This document shows, piece after piece, positions 8,728 to 17,603 of a stretch of DNA of 64,000 bases (the first letter of the stretch is position 1; every line of letters begins with the position of its first letter). The notes beneath the pieces are model-generated. The model ran no database searches, was not told the origin of the DNA, and saw only the letters and a program-made list of their open reading frames with translations. Source of the stretch: an uncultured Oscillospiraceae bacterium (GTDB taxonomy: Bacteria > Bacillota > Clostridia > Oscillospirales > Oscillospiraceae); the NCBI GenBank assembly GCA_944385665.1, contig CALWYB010000006.1, forward strand, positions 180-64,179, given 5' to 3'. Both the position numbers and the translations under genes were made by a program.

Positions 8728-10335
8728 ATGAAGCGGCTCAAACGGATTTTCACCGGCGCCCTGCCCCTGTTTCTGCTGCTGTGGGGGGTGATGACGTGGG
8801 GGTTTTGGGTGCTGAGCCAGCAAAAACTGGAGGGTGAGGTTCAGCTTGCCGTCCAGTCCGCCCAGCAAAGCGCCGAAGGGTACTACCAGAATGTCTGGAC
8901 CGGAGGGGCCACGGAGGCCCGGAAGCCGGCCATCCTCACCAGTTGGCTGGAAAACCGGCTGGACAGCTACGACGGAATCATTCAATTCCGCTTCTACTCC
9001 GCCGATGGCCAGGAACTGGCCCGCAGCCAGATGGCCAACAGCAACGCCTTCCTGCCCGGGACTTCCACACTCGACTGGCATCTCTGGCTGGATCCGGTGC
9101 TCAGCCCAGAGGAACAGGTGGAACTGGCTCAGCAGCTGCGGGAGGACCCCAGCCTGCAATTTTTTCATGCCCTCCCCAGAGAACCGGATATGGAGTCGGA
9201 GACAGACGCCCTCTGGTGCGACGTGGTGGGCGTGGTGGATGAGGAGCGGCAGATCATCTATCCCAAGACCATCACCTATGTCTACGACGACCGGGAGGTC
9301 CCCGTGGTAGACACCGACAGCTCCTTTTTTGAGGGAAAGGAGCTGTCCACCATGCGGTTTGAAGGGATCACGCTCCATTCCGCTCTGGTGGCTCGCAACG
9401 CCTCCCCCCAAGCAATGCTGAATCAGTGGCAGGAGTTGGAGAAAAAGCTGGATCTCCTGTTTGACGGTGTGGACGTTCAAATGGGCCCCTTCTCTTCTGT
9501 CTCCACCGGAACCAACACCGCCTGTTATCCCCTGTCTGACGGCACCCTGTTTGGCTATGGCTTTTCCTACACGCCCCTCTATCAAACCATTGAGGAGCTG
9601 AAATCTCCCGCGATGTATACCCTGCTGGCAGCCATTTTCATGGCCCTCTACACCGACCACCGCCAGCGCCAGGCCATCCAGCGGGAGCGGGACTTTGCCC
9701 GGGCGGCGGCCCACGAGCTGAAAACCCCCCTGGCCGTCCTCCGCGCCCATGCCGAGGCCCTGCGGGAGGACATCGCACCGGAAAAGCGGGAGCAGTATCT
9801 GGACGTGGTCCTCTCCGAGAGCGACCGCATGGCCGCCCTGGTGGGCCATCTGCTGGAGCTGTCCCGACCGGAGGTCAAGGGGACGAAGGAGACGGTGGAC
9901 CTGGCCGCCCTGGTGCGGGAGGTGTGGGCCCCCCTGGCCCTGCCTCTGGAGCAAAAAAGGCTCCAGCTCCGGTTGGAACTGGCGGAGGTATCCATCTCCG
10001 GAGACCGGGCACAGCTGGGGGAGGCGGTGGAAAACCTGGCCTCCAATGCCCTGCGCTACGCCGAGCCGGACGGCGTCATCCGGGTGGCCCTGGAAAAGCT
10101 GGGCCATCGTGCCCGCCTCACGGTGTACAACGACGGGCCCAACATCCCGGCGGAGGATTTGCCCCGGCTGTGGGAGCCCTTCTACCGCGCCGACCCCTCC
10201 CGCAGCCGGGACAGCGGCGGCACCGGTCTGGGGCTGGCCATTGTCCGAAAGGCGGTGGAGGCCCATAGCGGACGGTGTTGGGCGGAGAACCGCCCCAGCG
10301 GGGTGGCCTTTTTCATAGAGCTTCCCTTTGCATAA
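8728..10335 (+). CDS. Sensor histidine kinase with a large extracytoplasmic loop
   Basis: ATG at 8728, 8 nt after GGAGGAG; the track ORF begins at 8719. TM1 near the N-terminus, a loop of about 270 aa, then TM2. H-box AAHELKTPLAVL, N box (ENLASNALRYA), G boxes (DSGGTGLGLAIV). Confidence 0.88.
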   Translation: MKRLKRIFTGALPLFLLLWGVMTWGFWVLSQQKLEGEVQLAVQSAQQSAEGYYQNVWTGGATEARKPAILTSWLENRLDSYDGIIQFRFYSADGQELARSQMANSNAFLPGTSTLDWHLWLDPVLSPEEQVELAQQLREDPSLQFFHALPREPDMESETDALWCDVVGVVDEERQIIYPKTITYVYDDREVPVVDTDSSFFEGKELSTMRFEGITLHSALVARNASPQAMLNQWQELEKKLDLLFDGVDVQMGPFSSVSTGTNTACYPLSDGTLFGYGFSYTPLYQTIEELKSPAMYTLLAAIFMALYTDHRQRQAIQRERDFARAAAHELKTPLAVLRAHAEALREDIAPEKREQYLDVVLSESDRMAALVGHLLELSRPEVKGTKETVDLAALVREVWAPLALPLEQKRLQLRLELAEVSISGDRAQLGEAVENLASNALRYAEPDGVIRVALEKLGHRARLTVYNDGPNIPAEDLPRLWEPFYRADPSRSRDSGGTGLGLAIVRKAVEAHSGRCWAENRPSGVAFFIELPFA

Positions 10336-10369
10336 AAAAGAGCCAGAGGTCAAACCTCTGGCTCTTTTG
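10334..10369. terminator. Bidirectional terminator between convergent HK and MATE genes
   Basis: AAAAAAGAGCCAGAGG-tcaaa-CCTCTGGCTCTTTT. A-run and T-run flank the stem. Confidence 0.75.
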
Positions 10370-11717
10370 CATAAATTTTTCGCAGGCGGTTGATGCTGCC
10401 CATACAGGCGGGGATCAGGAACAAATCGGCGCAGATCCAGGCCGCCGGGGAGGCAAAGCAGGCCGCTGTATAGCCGAACATCGGCACAAAGATGAGTCCC
10501 ACCGCCGTGCGGGCGATCATCTCCATCACCCCCGCCAGAATGGCCAGGCCGCTGAAACCCATGCCCTGGATGGAGAAGCGGACGATGTTCACCAGTGCCA
10601 GGGGGAAGAAGAAAGCGGTGAGGGTGCGGACATACTGGGCGGTGAGAGCCACCAGGGTGGTGAGCTCCGGCTCGGTGGGGTCCAGGAAAAGCATGGCCCC
10701 CTGGGGCGCAAAGAGCAGCATGCCGCCGAAGGCGATCAGGGCGTAGATGAGGCCCAGCAGGGAGCAGGCCCGGACGCCCTGGCCCAGCCGGTCCAGCTTC
10801 ACCGCGCCCACGTTCTGGCCGCTGTAGGTGGCCATAGTGGCCCCCATGGCGTCGTAGGGGCAGCCCAGCAGCTGGAACAGCTTGGCTCCCGCCGCTACCG
10901 CCGCCACATACAGACTGCCCAGGCCGTTTACCGCCGCCTGGAGGAAGATGGAGCCGATGGCGGTGATGGAATACTGAAGCCCCATGGGTACTCCCATGAA
11001 GCACAGGGCGCGGCAGGACCGGGCGTCCAGCTTCCGCTCCTCCCGGCTCATGTGGAGGATGGGAAACTTTTTCACCATGTACACCAGGCAGGCCAGGCCG
11101 GACACCCCCTGGGACAGGACGGTGGCCAGAGAGGCCCCCGCCACCCCCATCTGAAAGGCCAGGATGAACAGCAGGTCCAGGCCGATGTTCAGCACCGACG
11201 AGATGGCCAGGAAATACACCGGCGTCTTGCTGTCTCCCAGGGAGCGGATGATGGCCGCCAGCAGGTTATAAAGGAAGGTGGCGGGGATGCCCATGAAGAT
11301 GATAAAGATGTACCAGTAGGCTCCGTGGTAGATGTCGGCGGGGGTATTCATGGTGGTGAGGATGGTGCCGCACAGAAGGCCGGTGGCCACGGTGAGCACC
11401 ACGGCAAAGGCCACGGCCAGCCAGGCGGCGTTGGCCACATACCGGCGCATCTGGGAGTAGTCGCCCGCTCCCATGCGCTGGGCCACCGGGATGGCAAAGC
11501 CGTTGCACACCCCCATACAAAAGCCGATAACAAAGAAGTTGATGGAGCCGGTGGAGCCCACTGCCGCCAGAGCGGTGGCGCCCAGCAGCTTGCCCACGAT
11601 CATGGTGTCCATCATATTATAGAGTTGCTGGAACAGCATGCCCAGCAGGGTGGGCAGGGCAAACCCCAGAATGAGCCGCATAGGGCTTCCGGTGGTCAGG
11701 TCCTTGGTCATACGCAT
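10350..11717 (-). CDS. MATE family efflux transporter
   Basis: ORF 10350-11762 trimmed to MRMTKDLTTGSPMRLILGFALPTLLGMLFQQLYNMMDTMIVGKLLG... (ATG 11717; alternative ATG 11711). 12-TM MATE-like sequence. Confidence 0.9.
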   Translation of the reverse strand: MRMTKDLTTGSPMRLILGFALPTLLGMLFQQLYNMMDTMIVGKLLGATALAAVGSTGSINFFVIGFCMGVCNGFAIPVAQRMGAGDYSQMRRYVANAAWLAVAFAVVLTVATGLLCGTILTTMNTPADIYHGAYWYIFIIFMGIPATFLYNLLAAIIRSLGDSKTPVYFLAISSVLNIGLDLLFILAFQMGVAGASLATVLSQGVSGLACLVYMVKKFPILHMSREERKLDARSCRALCFMGVPMGLQYSITAIGSIFLQAAVNGLGSLYVAAVAAGAKLFQLLGCPYDAMGATMATYSGQNVGAVKLDRLGQGVRACSLLGLIYALIAFGGMLLFAPQGAMLFLDPTEPELTTLVALTAQYVRTLTAFFFPLALVNIVRFSIQGMGFSGLAILAGVMEMIARTAVGLIFVPMFGYTAACFASPAAWICADLFLIPACMGSINRLRKIYAKEPEV

Positions 11718-11855
11718 TCTCTCCTTGACCGCTCCCCCCCAGGGGGATTTTGGAATACGCACTATTATAAGCTACGCCTCGGACGCTGAACAGATGAAAT
11801 TTTTCCTAAACTTTTGTCCCTTGGCCCCGGGGACCCATGGGCAATTTTTTCCGCT

Positions 11856-13712
11856 TTACCGCCGCTCTCCCGGGTCCTGGAGGGCCAGGCGGCGGCAGGC
11901 CAGGGCGGTGGCCAGGAAATAGCCCCCGTACACCACCAGCAGCATGAGGGCGGTGAAGAGAGTGCTCTGGAGGGCGTCCACCTTGCCCGCCTGGGCGATG
12001 AGGTCGTTGGCCGCCTTCATGCCCACGGCGCTGTGGATGAGGGCCAGGGCCAGGGGCAGCAGGAAGGCCAGAGCCACCTGCTCCACGGCGCACCGGGACA
12101 CCATGCTCTCCTGGGCGCCCAGACGGCGGAGGATGGCGTAGCGCCCAGCGTTGTCCGCCCCCTGGCTCAGCTGCTGCAAAGCCAGCACCGCCGCGGCGGC
12201 CAGCAGGAAGGTGAGGCCCAGATACAGTCCCAAAAACAGGGCCAGGATCTTGCTGCCCATCAGGTCCTGATAGAGCATCAGGCGGGTATCGGTGCGGGTA
12301 ATACAGGTCTGGGGCAGCTCCGCCAAGGCGGAAAACAGCTCCTGCTCCGTGGCCTCCTTATCTCCGGCATAGTCGGCCACCCAGATCTGGCGGCGGACCT
12401 CCAACTGAGACAGCATGGCGTCGTCCACCACCACCATGTCCATGCCCAGGCCGTTGTTCACCAGGCGGCACACCTCCTCCCAGGGGATGGCGGCGGGCAG
12501 CGGGCCGGTGTAGGCTCCCTCCCCCGCTTTTTCCCGCAGGACGTTGTAGTCGGAAAGGCCGATGACGCCGGAGGAGTAGAGGCCGGTGACAGCGGTGTCC
12601 CCGTAGTAGATGAGGAAGGTCTTCTGCCAGGACAGCTTTTTCTCCGTGTCAAAGCCGGCGGCGTTGAGCTCCCCGTCAAAATCCAGCTGCCGCACGTCCC
12701 CGCTCTGGTTCTGGATAGTGATGTCAAAGGGGGCCTGGCCCCGGGTGGCCGCGTCCAGGGTGGAGTTGAGGCCGATGGAGCTGGCGGTGATGCCCATGGC
12801 CAGCAGCAGGAGGATGCAGATCACCGTCTGGGCCAGATAGGTGGAGTGGACCTTGCTCATCCACTCCCGCAGGGTAAAGAGGTTCAGATTTTTATAGTAG
12901 AAGCCGGGTCGGGTCTGGGCCAGCCGCAGCACAAAGCCGGACAGGGACCGGAAGATGAGCAGGGTGCCCACCGTCCCCAGAGCCAGCATTGGCACGCACA
13001 ACATAGGCATGGCCAGGATGGTCATGCCGTAGATCAGCAGCAGGGCGTAGGCCGCCCCCAGGCACAGGACCCCCAGCACGCACTGGACCACCGCCCACTT
13101 CAGGGGCCGCTGGCGCAGGGGCTCGTTGCGCCGCTCCCCCTGCATCAGATCCAGCAGCTTGGAGCGGGACACCTGCACCCCGCTGAAAAACATCACCAGC
13201 AGGAAGATGAGGCCGAAGTACAGTACCGTCCGGCCCGCCGCCTCCGGGGAGAAGTGCAGCCCCAGCATACCCTCCATAGAAATTTGGAACATGGACAGGG
13301 TGAGTTGGGACAATCCCTGGGAGGCCAGCACCCCCAGCCCCAGGCCCAGCACCAGGGAGGCCAGGGCCACCAGCCCCGTCTCCAGCACCAGCACCAGGGA
13401 CACCTGCCCCTGGCCCAGGCCCAATAACAGATATGTACCCAGCTCCCGCTTGCGCCGCCGCAGGAGAAAGCGGTTGGCGTAGAGGATCAGGCAGGCCAGC
13501 ACCACCGCCACAAAGACGGAGAAGATGCGGATGGCGGCCTGGATCACCTCTACCATGGGGCTGCCGTTCTGGGCCAGGTAAACCATGGCTCCCTGGCCGT
13601 CCAGGGAGTTGAAGGTATAAAAGAGGCACACGCCAAAGGTGAGGGTGAGCAGATACACCCCGTAGTCCCGGAAGGAGCGGCGTACATTGCGCAGGGCTAA
13701 CTTAAAGAACAT
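11856..13712 (-). CDS. ABC transporter permease, FtsX-domain, BceB-like 10-TM type
   Basis: 618 aa. MFFKLALRNVRRSFRDYGVYLLTLTFGVCLFYTFNSL... is the typical N-terminus. A large extracellular domain sits between TM4 and TM5. Overlaps the upstream ATPase gene by 11 nt. Confidence 0.85.
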   Translation of the reverse strand: MFFKLALRNVRRSFRDYGVYLLTLTFGVCLFYTFNSLDGQGAMVYLAQNGSPMVEVIQAAIRIFSVFVAVVLACLILYANRFLLRRRKRELGTYLLLGLGQGQVSLVLVLETGLVALASLVLGLGLGVLASQGLSQLTLSMFQISMEGMLGLHFSPEAAGRTVLYFGLIFLLVMFFSGVQVSRSKLLDLMQGERRNEPLRQRPLKWAVVQCVLGVLCLGAAYALLLIYGMTILAMPMLCVPMLALGTVGTLLIFRSLSGFVLRLAQTRPGFYYKNLNLFTLREWMSKVHSTYLAQTVICILLLLAMGITASSIGLNSTLDAATRGQAPFDITIQNQSGDVRQLDFDGELNAAGFDTEKKLSWQKTFLIYYGDTAVTGLYSSGVIGLSDYNVLREKAGEGAYTGPLPAAIPWEEVCRLVNNGLGMDMVVVDDAMLSQLEVRRQIWVADYAGDKEATEQELFSALAELPQTCITRTDTRLMLYQDLMGSKILALFLGLYLGLTFLLAAAAVLALQQLSQGADNAGRYAILRRLGAQESMVSRCAVEQVALAFLLPLALALIHSAVGMKAANDLIAQAGKVDALQSTLFTALMLLVVYGGYFLATALACRRLALQDPGERR

Positions 13713-14472
13713 CTTCCATCTCTCCTCCCAGCTGGGTGACCACCCGAATGATTCTTTGGAAGAAGGTGCGGCGGTCCTCCCCCTCTCCCCGGCGCAGCTC
13801 CTGAAAGATCTGGCCGTCCCGCAAAAAGACCACCCGATGGCAGCAGCTGGCGGTAAAGGCGTCGTGGGTCACCATGAGGATGGTGGCCCCCCGCTCCCGG
13901 TTGAGGACCTCCAGCCGCTCCAGCAGCAGCCGGGCGGACTTGGAGTCCAGGGCGCCGGTGGGCTCGTCGGCCAGCACCAGGGCAGGGCGGGTGACCATGG
14001 CCCGGGCGGCGGCACACCGCTGCTGCTGACCCCCCGACATCTGGTAGGGGTACTTCTCCAGGCAGTCGGAGATGCCCAGCAGGGCGGCCATCTCCTCCAC
14101 CCGGCCCTTGATCTCCCCCGCGGGCGTGCCCACAATGGACAGAGCCAGGGCGATGTTTTCAAAGGCGGTGAGAGTGTCCAGCAGGTTGCAGTCCTGGAAG
14201 ATGAACCCTAAGCGCTCCCGGCGGAACCGGGTGAGCTCTTTACCCCGCAGCTTGGTCAGTTCCTGGCCGTCCACCTGAATGGAGCCGGAGGTGGGCCGGT
14301 CGATGGTGGAGATACAGTTTAAAAGGGTGGTCTTTCCGGAGCCGGAGGCCCCCATGATGCCCACATACTCCCCCGCCGCCAGCGACAGGCTCACTCCGTC
14401 CAGGGCGCGGGTGGCCGCCCCTCGGCGGCCGTAAATCTTGACCAGGTCGGTCACTTGCAGCAAATCCGTCAT
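13702..14472 (-). CDS. ABC transporter ATP-binding protein (MacB/BceA-like)
   Basis: ORF trimmed to the ATG at 14472 with an AGGAGAGG RBS. Walker A GASGSGKTT, signature MSGGQQQR, Walker B LVLADEPTGALD, H-loop MVTHD. Confidence 0.93.
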   Translation of the reverse strand: MTDLLQVTDLVKIYGRRGAATRALDGVSLSLAAGEYVGIMGASGSGKTTLLNCISTIDRPTSGSIQVDGQELTKLRGKELTRFRRERLGFIFQDCNLLDTLTAFENIALALSIVGTPAGEIKGRVEEMAALLGISDCLEKYPYQMSGGQQQRCAAARAMVTRPALVLADEPTGALDSKSARLLLERLEVLNRERGATILMVTHDAFTASCCHRVVFLRDGQIFQELRRGEGEDRRTFFQRIIRVVTQLGGEMEDVL

Positions 14473-14593
14473 GTGATGATCCTCTCCTTTGGCCGGATGG
14501 CTCCGGCTTGAACTGTATGAGAGGATACCATACAGTTTGTGCAAATCCGTGAAAGGTTTTCTTAGATTTCTCTTAAAAAAGTTTGAAGGATGT

Positions 14594-14884
14594 TTATAAC
14601 AGGAACAGGGCGGCCCACCATACCGCCGAGGCGGCCGCCGCCCCCAATCCCGCCCACAGAGGGGCATAGGTCCACCGGGACCGCCCCAGCTGCCGGTTCC
14701 AGGTCCGTCCGCTCTTTAAATAGCCGTCGGCGGCCTGCCGGGCCTGACGGATCACCTGGTCGGCGCTGACCCCCTCCCGGGCCAGAGCCTCCTCCTTCAC
14801 AATAAAAATAGCCTCCTCGAAGAGCTTGGGGTCGGGGGACTTGACCAAAATCACCTGGCGGGTGATCCCCTTGACCATCTCCAT
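14594..14884 (-). CDS. Small hypothetical protein with a C-terminal TM anchor
   Basis: ORF 14594-14995 trimmed to the ATG at 14884 (MEMVKGITRQVILVKSPDPKLFEEAIFIVKEEALAREG...WAGLGAAAASAVWWAALFLL). Coding-like, but no family recognised. Confidence 0.5.
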   Translation of the reverse strand: MEMVKGITRQVILVKSPDPKLFEEAIFIVKEEALAREGVSADQVIRQARQAADGYLKSGRTWNRQLGRSRWTYAPLWAGLGAAAASAVWWAALFLL

Positions 14885-15114
14885 CACATCCTTTCCCGGG
14901 GCCGGGCCCCATGGTTTCCCGGTTAGTGTGTCCCGTTTCCAGGTGGTATATTCCAGCCCCCCGGGTGCATGAGCGCCCCGTCCCGGCGCATACAATGACA
15001 GCGGAAAGGGGGAGTTTCCTTGACCCAGCAGCAGCGCCTGCGCCTCACCGGGGACTTTTTTATTTTGTACGCCGCTAACGTGGCCCTGATCCTCCTGTGC
15101 CAGTGGCTGTGCCT

Positions 15115-16005
15115 TTAGCTTAGCAGCAGATCCAGGTCCTGGATACTCAGCTCCGGCTGGAGGGCCAGGTTGATGCCGTAGGCGATGACCTTGGAGAGGT
15201 CATTTACCTGGCTGTCGATGTCCTTGGGGGTGACCAGCAGCTCGCCTCCCTGGCCTAGGGGAGGCAGGTCGTCCCTCCCCAGCAGGTCGGCGGCCAGGGT
15301 GGCCCCGTAGACCACAGTGGGCACCCCCACCGCCAGCACCGGGACCCCCAGGGTCTTTTGGTCCAGGGCAAAGCGGTGGTTGCCCACCCCGGAGCCGGGG
15401 ACGATGCCGGTGTCGGAGATCTGCACCGTGCGGCACAGGCGATCCAGGGACCGGGAGGCCAGGGCGTCCACCGCCACCACCAGGGCGGGCTTCAGGCGGC
15501 GGCACACCGCCTGCACCAGCTCCCCGCTCTCCATCCCCGTGGTACCCAGCACTCCGGCGGCCAGGGAGGCCACCGGGCGGTAGGAGCCGAAGTGCTCCGG
15601 GGCCTGGTGCACCAGGTGGCGGGTGACCAGTGTGTGCTGGTGGACCTTGGGGCCAATGGCGTCGGGGGTGATGGCCCGGTTGCCCAGCCCCACCACCAGC
15701 ACGCCGCCCTGCTTCTCCTCCGGTCTCATCCGCTCTCCCAGTACCCCGGCGATGGCCCGGGCTCCCCGGCCAAAGGCGTCCTCCTCCCGGCGCGCCAGGC
15801 CGTCCAGCGTCACCGTCACATAGGTGCCCACCGGTTTTCCCAGGGCCTGCTCCCCCCGCCTGTCCAGAATCCGTACCGTCTCACAGGGAAACCCCTCCCG
15901 CTCTTCGCAGGTGGCCTCCACCCCCTCCAGTCGGGTGGTCTCCCCCGCCCGCTCCTGCCACAGCTCCCGGGCCTCCAGGGCCAGGTCGGTGCGCCGCTGC
16001 TCCAT
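15115..16005 (-). CDS. gpr: GPR endopeptidase (spore germination protease)
   Basis: ORF trimmed to the ATG at 16005. MEQRRTDLALEARE..., VVGLGNRAITPDAIGPKV, QISDTGIVPGSGVGN and VPVLAVGVPTVV are typical GPR blocks. Divergent from rpsT, as in many Firmicutes. Confidence 0.9.
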   Translation of the reverse strand: MEQRRTDLALEARELWQERAGETTRLEGVEATCEEREGFPCETVRILDRRGEQALGKPVGTYVTVTLDGLARREEDAFGRGARAIAGVLGERMRPEEKQGGVLVVGLGNRAITPDAIGPKVHQHTLVTRHLVHQAPEHFGSYRPVASLAAGVLGTTGMESGELVQAVCRRLKPALVVAVDALASRSLDRLCRTVQISDTGIVPGSGVGNHRFALDQKTLGVPVLAVGVPTVVYGATLAADLLGRDDLPPLGQGGELLVTPKDIDSQVNDLSKVIAYGINLALQPELSIQDLDLLLS

Positions 16006-16113
16006 TCTTTTCTCTCCTTTGCATCTAGATCTTGTGGCCAAAGGCCCCTTCCCCGCTAGCTTTTGCGGCAGCGGAAATTTTATCCCGCCTCTTTAATTTT
16101 TTCGAAAAAAGTC

Positions 16114-16142
16114 TTGCATTTTTTTCTCGGATATGCTACAAT
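16114..16142 (+). promoter_or_regulatory. Candidate sigma-A promoter of rpsT
   Basis: TTGCAT (16114-16119), 17-nt spacer, TACAAT (16137-16142). Confidence 0.55.
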
Positions 16143-16202
16143 ACATATCCGCACAGGATCATTGTGCTAATTTTAACGATTGTATCGGAGGAGGTGTTTG
16201 GT

Positions 16203-16466
16203 TTGCCGAATATCAAGTCTGCCAAGAAGCGTGTGCTGGTTTCCCAGACCAAGGCCATGCAGAACAAGGCCGCGAAGTCCGCGCTGAAGACCGACATCAA
16301 GAAGTTTGAGGCCGCGGTGGCGGAAGGCAACCGCAGCGAGGCCGATGTTGCTTACAAGGTGGCTGTGAAGGCGGTGGACAAGGCTGCTGCTAAGGGGCTG
16401 CTGCACAAGAACAACGCTGCCAACAAGAAGAGCAGCATGACCATCAAGCTGAACAAGCTGGCCTGA
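16203..16466 (+). CDS. rpsT: 30S ribosomal protein S20
   Basis: TTG start at 16203, 8 nt after GGAGGAGG. (M)PNIKSAKKRVLVSQTKAMQNKAAKSALKTDIKKFEAAV... matches the S20 N-terminus. The longer track ORF (16032-) is an upstream extension. Confidence 0.9.
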   Translation: MPNIKSAKKRVLVSQTKAMQNKAAKSALKTDIKKFEAAVAEGNRSEADVAYKVAVKAVDKAAAKGLLHKNNAANKKSSMTIKLNKLA

Positions 16467-16485
16467 TTTTTTCTGCAAAGAAGAA

Positions 16486-16520
16486 AGCCGTCTGCATCGC
16501 AGGCGGCTTTTTGCGTTTTT
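16486..16520 (+). terminator. Intrinsic terminator after rpsT
   Basis: AGCCGTCTGC-atc-GCAGGCGGCT followed by TTTTGCGTTTTT. Confidence 0.7.
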
Positions 16521-16593
16521 CTCGACCCCTTCCCCCTGGTTTCATTGTCCCGTTCTGCTATGCTGGAGCATGATGCGAGAGGAGGCCGACCCC

Positions 16594-17472
16594 ATGTGGC
16601 GCGCACTGCAACGAAAAAAGCCGGTGGCCTTTGCCCTGGAACTGAAAGAGACCTACGACCGGGTCGGCGTGGCCCGGGCGGCGGCCGCCCTGTCCTACTA
16701 CCTCATTTTGACCCTGTTTCCCCTGCTCATGTGCGTCAACTTCTTCATCGGCCTGCTGCCCCTGGAGCCGGAGGATGTGTTTTCCGCCCTGGAGTCCATC
16801 CTGCCCCAGGACAGCCTGAACATCATCCTGGACTACCTCTCCTACGTGGCCTCCATCCCCCAAAACGAGTCCACCCCTCTGCTGTTGGCCAGTCTGTTTA
16901 CCATCCTGCTCTCCGCCTCCGCCGCCCTGCGCACCCTGTTTCAGACCATGGACGAGCTCTATGAGCTGCCCCAAAACAACAGCATCAAGCGACTGGTGCT
17001 CAGCGTGGTGCTGTCGGTCCTCTTCCTGCTCACCCTGTACCTGTCCATCATCGTCATCTTCACCGGCGGCTGGTTTTTTCAGGCCTTGGAGCAGGCCCTG
17101 CCCCCCAAGGTACTCTCCCTCATTCCCCTGTCCATGCTGGCCTCCCTGTGGACCCAGCTGCGGTATGTGCTCCTCTTCTGCTTTGTGCTGCTGCTGGTGC
17201 TGGCGGTGTACCGCCTGGGCACCCCCAAGTCCCTGCACATCAAGGGCACCATCCGCCTCACCGCCCTGCTCTCCGCCCTGGCGATGGTGGCCTGCTCGGT
17301 GCTCTTCTCCTGGTTTATCGACATGTCCTCCCGCTACTCCCTGGTGTACGGCTCTTTGGCCTCCCTCATCATCCTGTTGGTGTGGCTCTACTTCTGCGGA
17401 AATATTTTAGTGATCGGCGCGGTGGTGGGCCAGGTGTGGGCCAGAGGCCGCTGGCGGGGAGATTCCATCTGA
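16594..17472 (+). CDS. YihY/BrkB-family membrane protein
   Basis: Best RBS (GAGAGGAGG) precedes the ATG at 16594; the track start is 16570. AAALSYYLILTLFPLLM, and the multi-TM C-terminus ending LVWLYFCGNILVIGAVV, are typical of the family. Confidence 0.85.
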   Translation: MWRALQRKKPVAFALELKETYDRVGVARAAAALSYYLILTLFPLLMCVNFFIGLLPLEPEDVFSALESILPQDSLNIILDYLSYVASIPQNESTPLLLASLFTILLSASAALRTLFQTMDELYELPQNNSIKRLVLSVVLSVLFLLTLYLSIIVIFTGGWFFQALEQALPPKVLSLIPLSMLASLWTQLRYVLLFCFVLLLVLAVYRLGTPKSLHIKGTIRLTALLSALAMVACSVLFSWFIDMSSRYSLVYGSLASLIILLVWLYFCGNILVIGAVVGQVWARGRWRGDSI

Positions 17473-17480
17473 CAACACGA

Positions 17481-17523
17481 TACCGCGGTATGTCAAAAAG
17501 GTTGTTTTTGGCGTACCGCGGTA
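17481..17523. promoter_or_regulatory. Two copies of the 10-bp palindrome TACCGCGGTA, 23 nt apart (operator pair or long-loop terminator hairpin)
   Basis: TACCGCGGTA at 17481-17490 and at 17514-17523. The second copy abuts a TG-extended -10 candidate (TGcTAAACT, 17546-17554) in front of the giant gene. Confidence 0.4.
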
Positions 17524-17603
17524 TCTTTTCATCTTCCAGGATTTGTGCTAAACTGAAAGACAACCATTCTTTATCACGTTACTCCCAGAAAGGCGGGACG
17601 TCT

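Noticed and set aside
8057-14472. TCS + MATE + ABC as a single canonical BceRS-BceAB module
   Set aside because: The kinase has a large extracytoplasmic domain, unlike BceS. An oppositely oriented MATE gene and a bidirectional terminator separate the TCS from the ABC genes. A functional link remains only a hypothesis (see the finding at 14513-14539).
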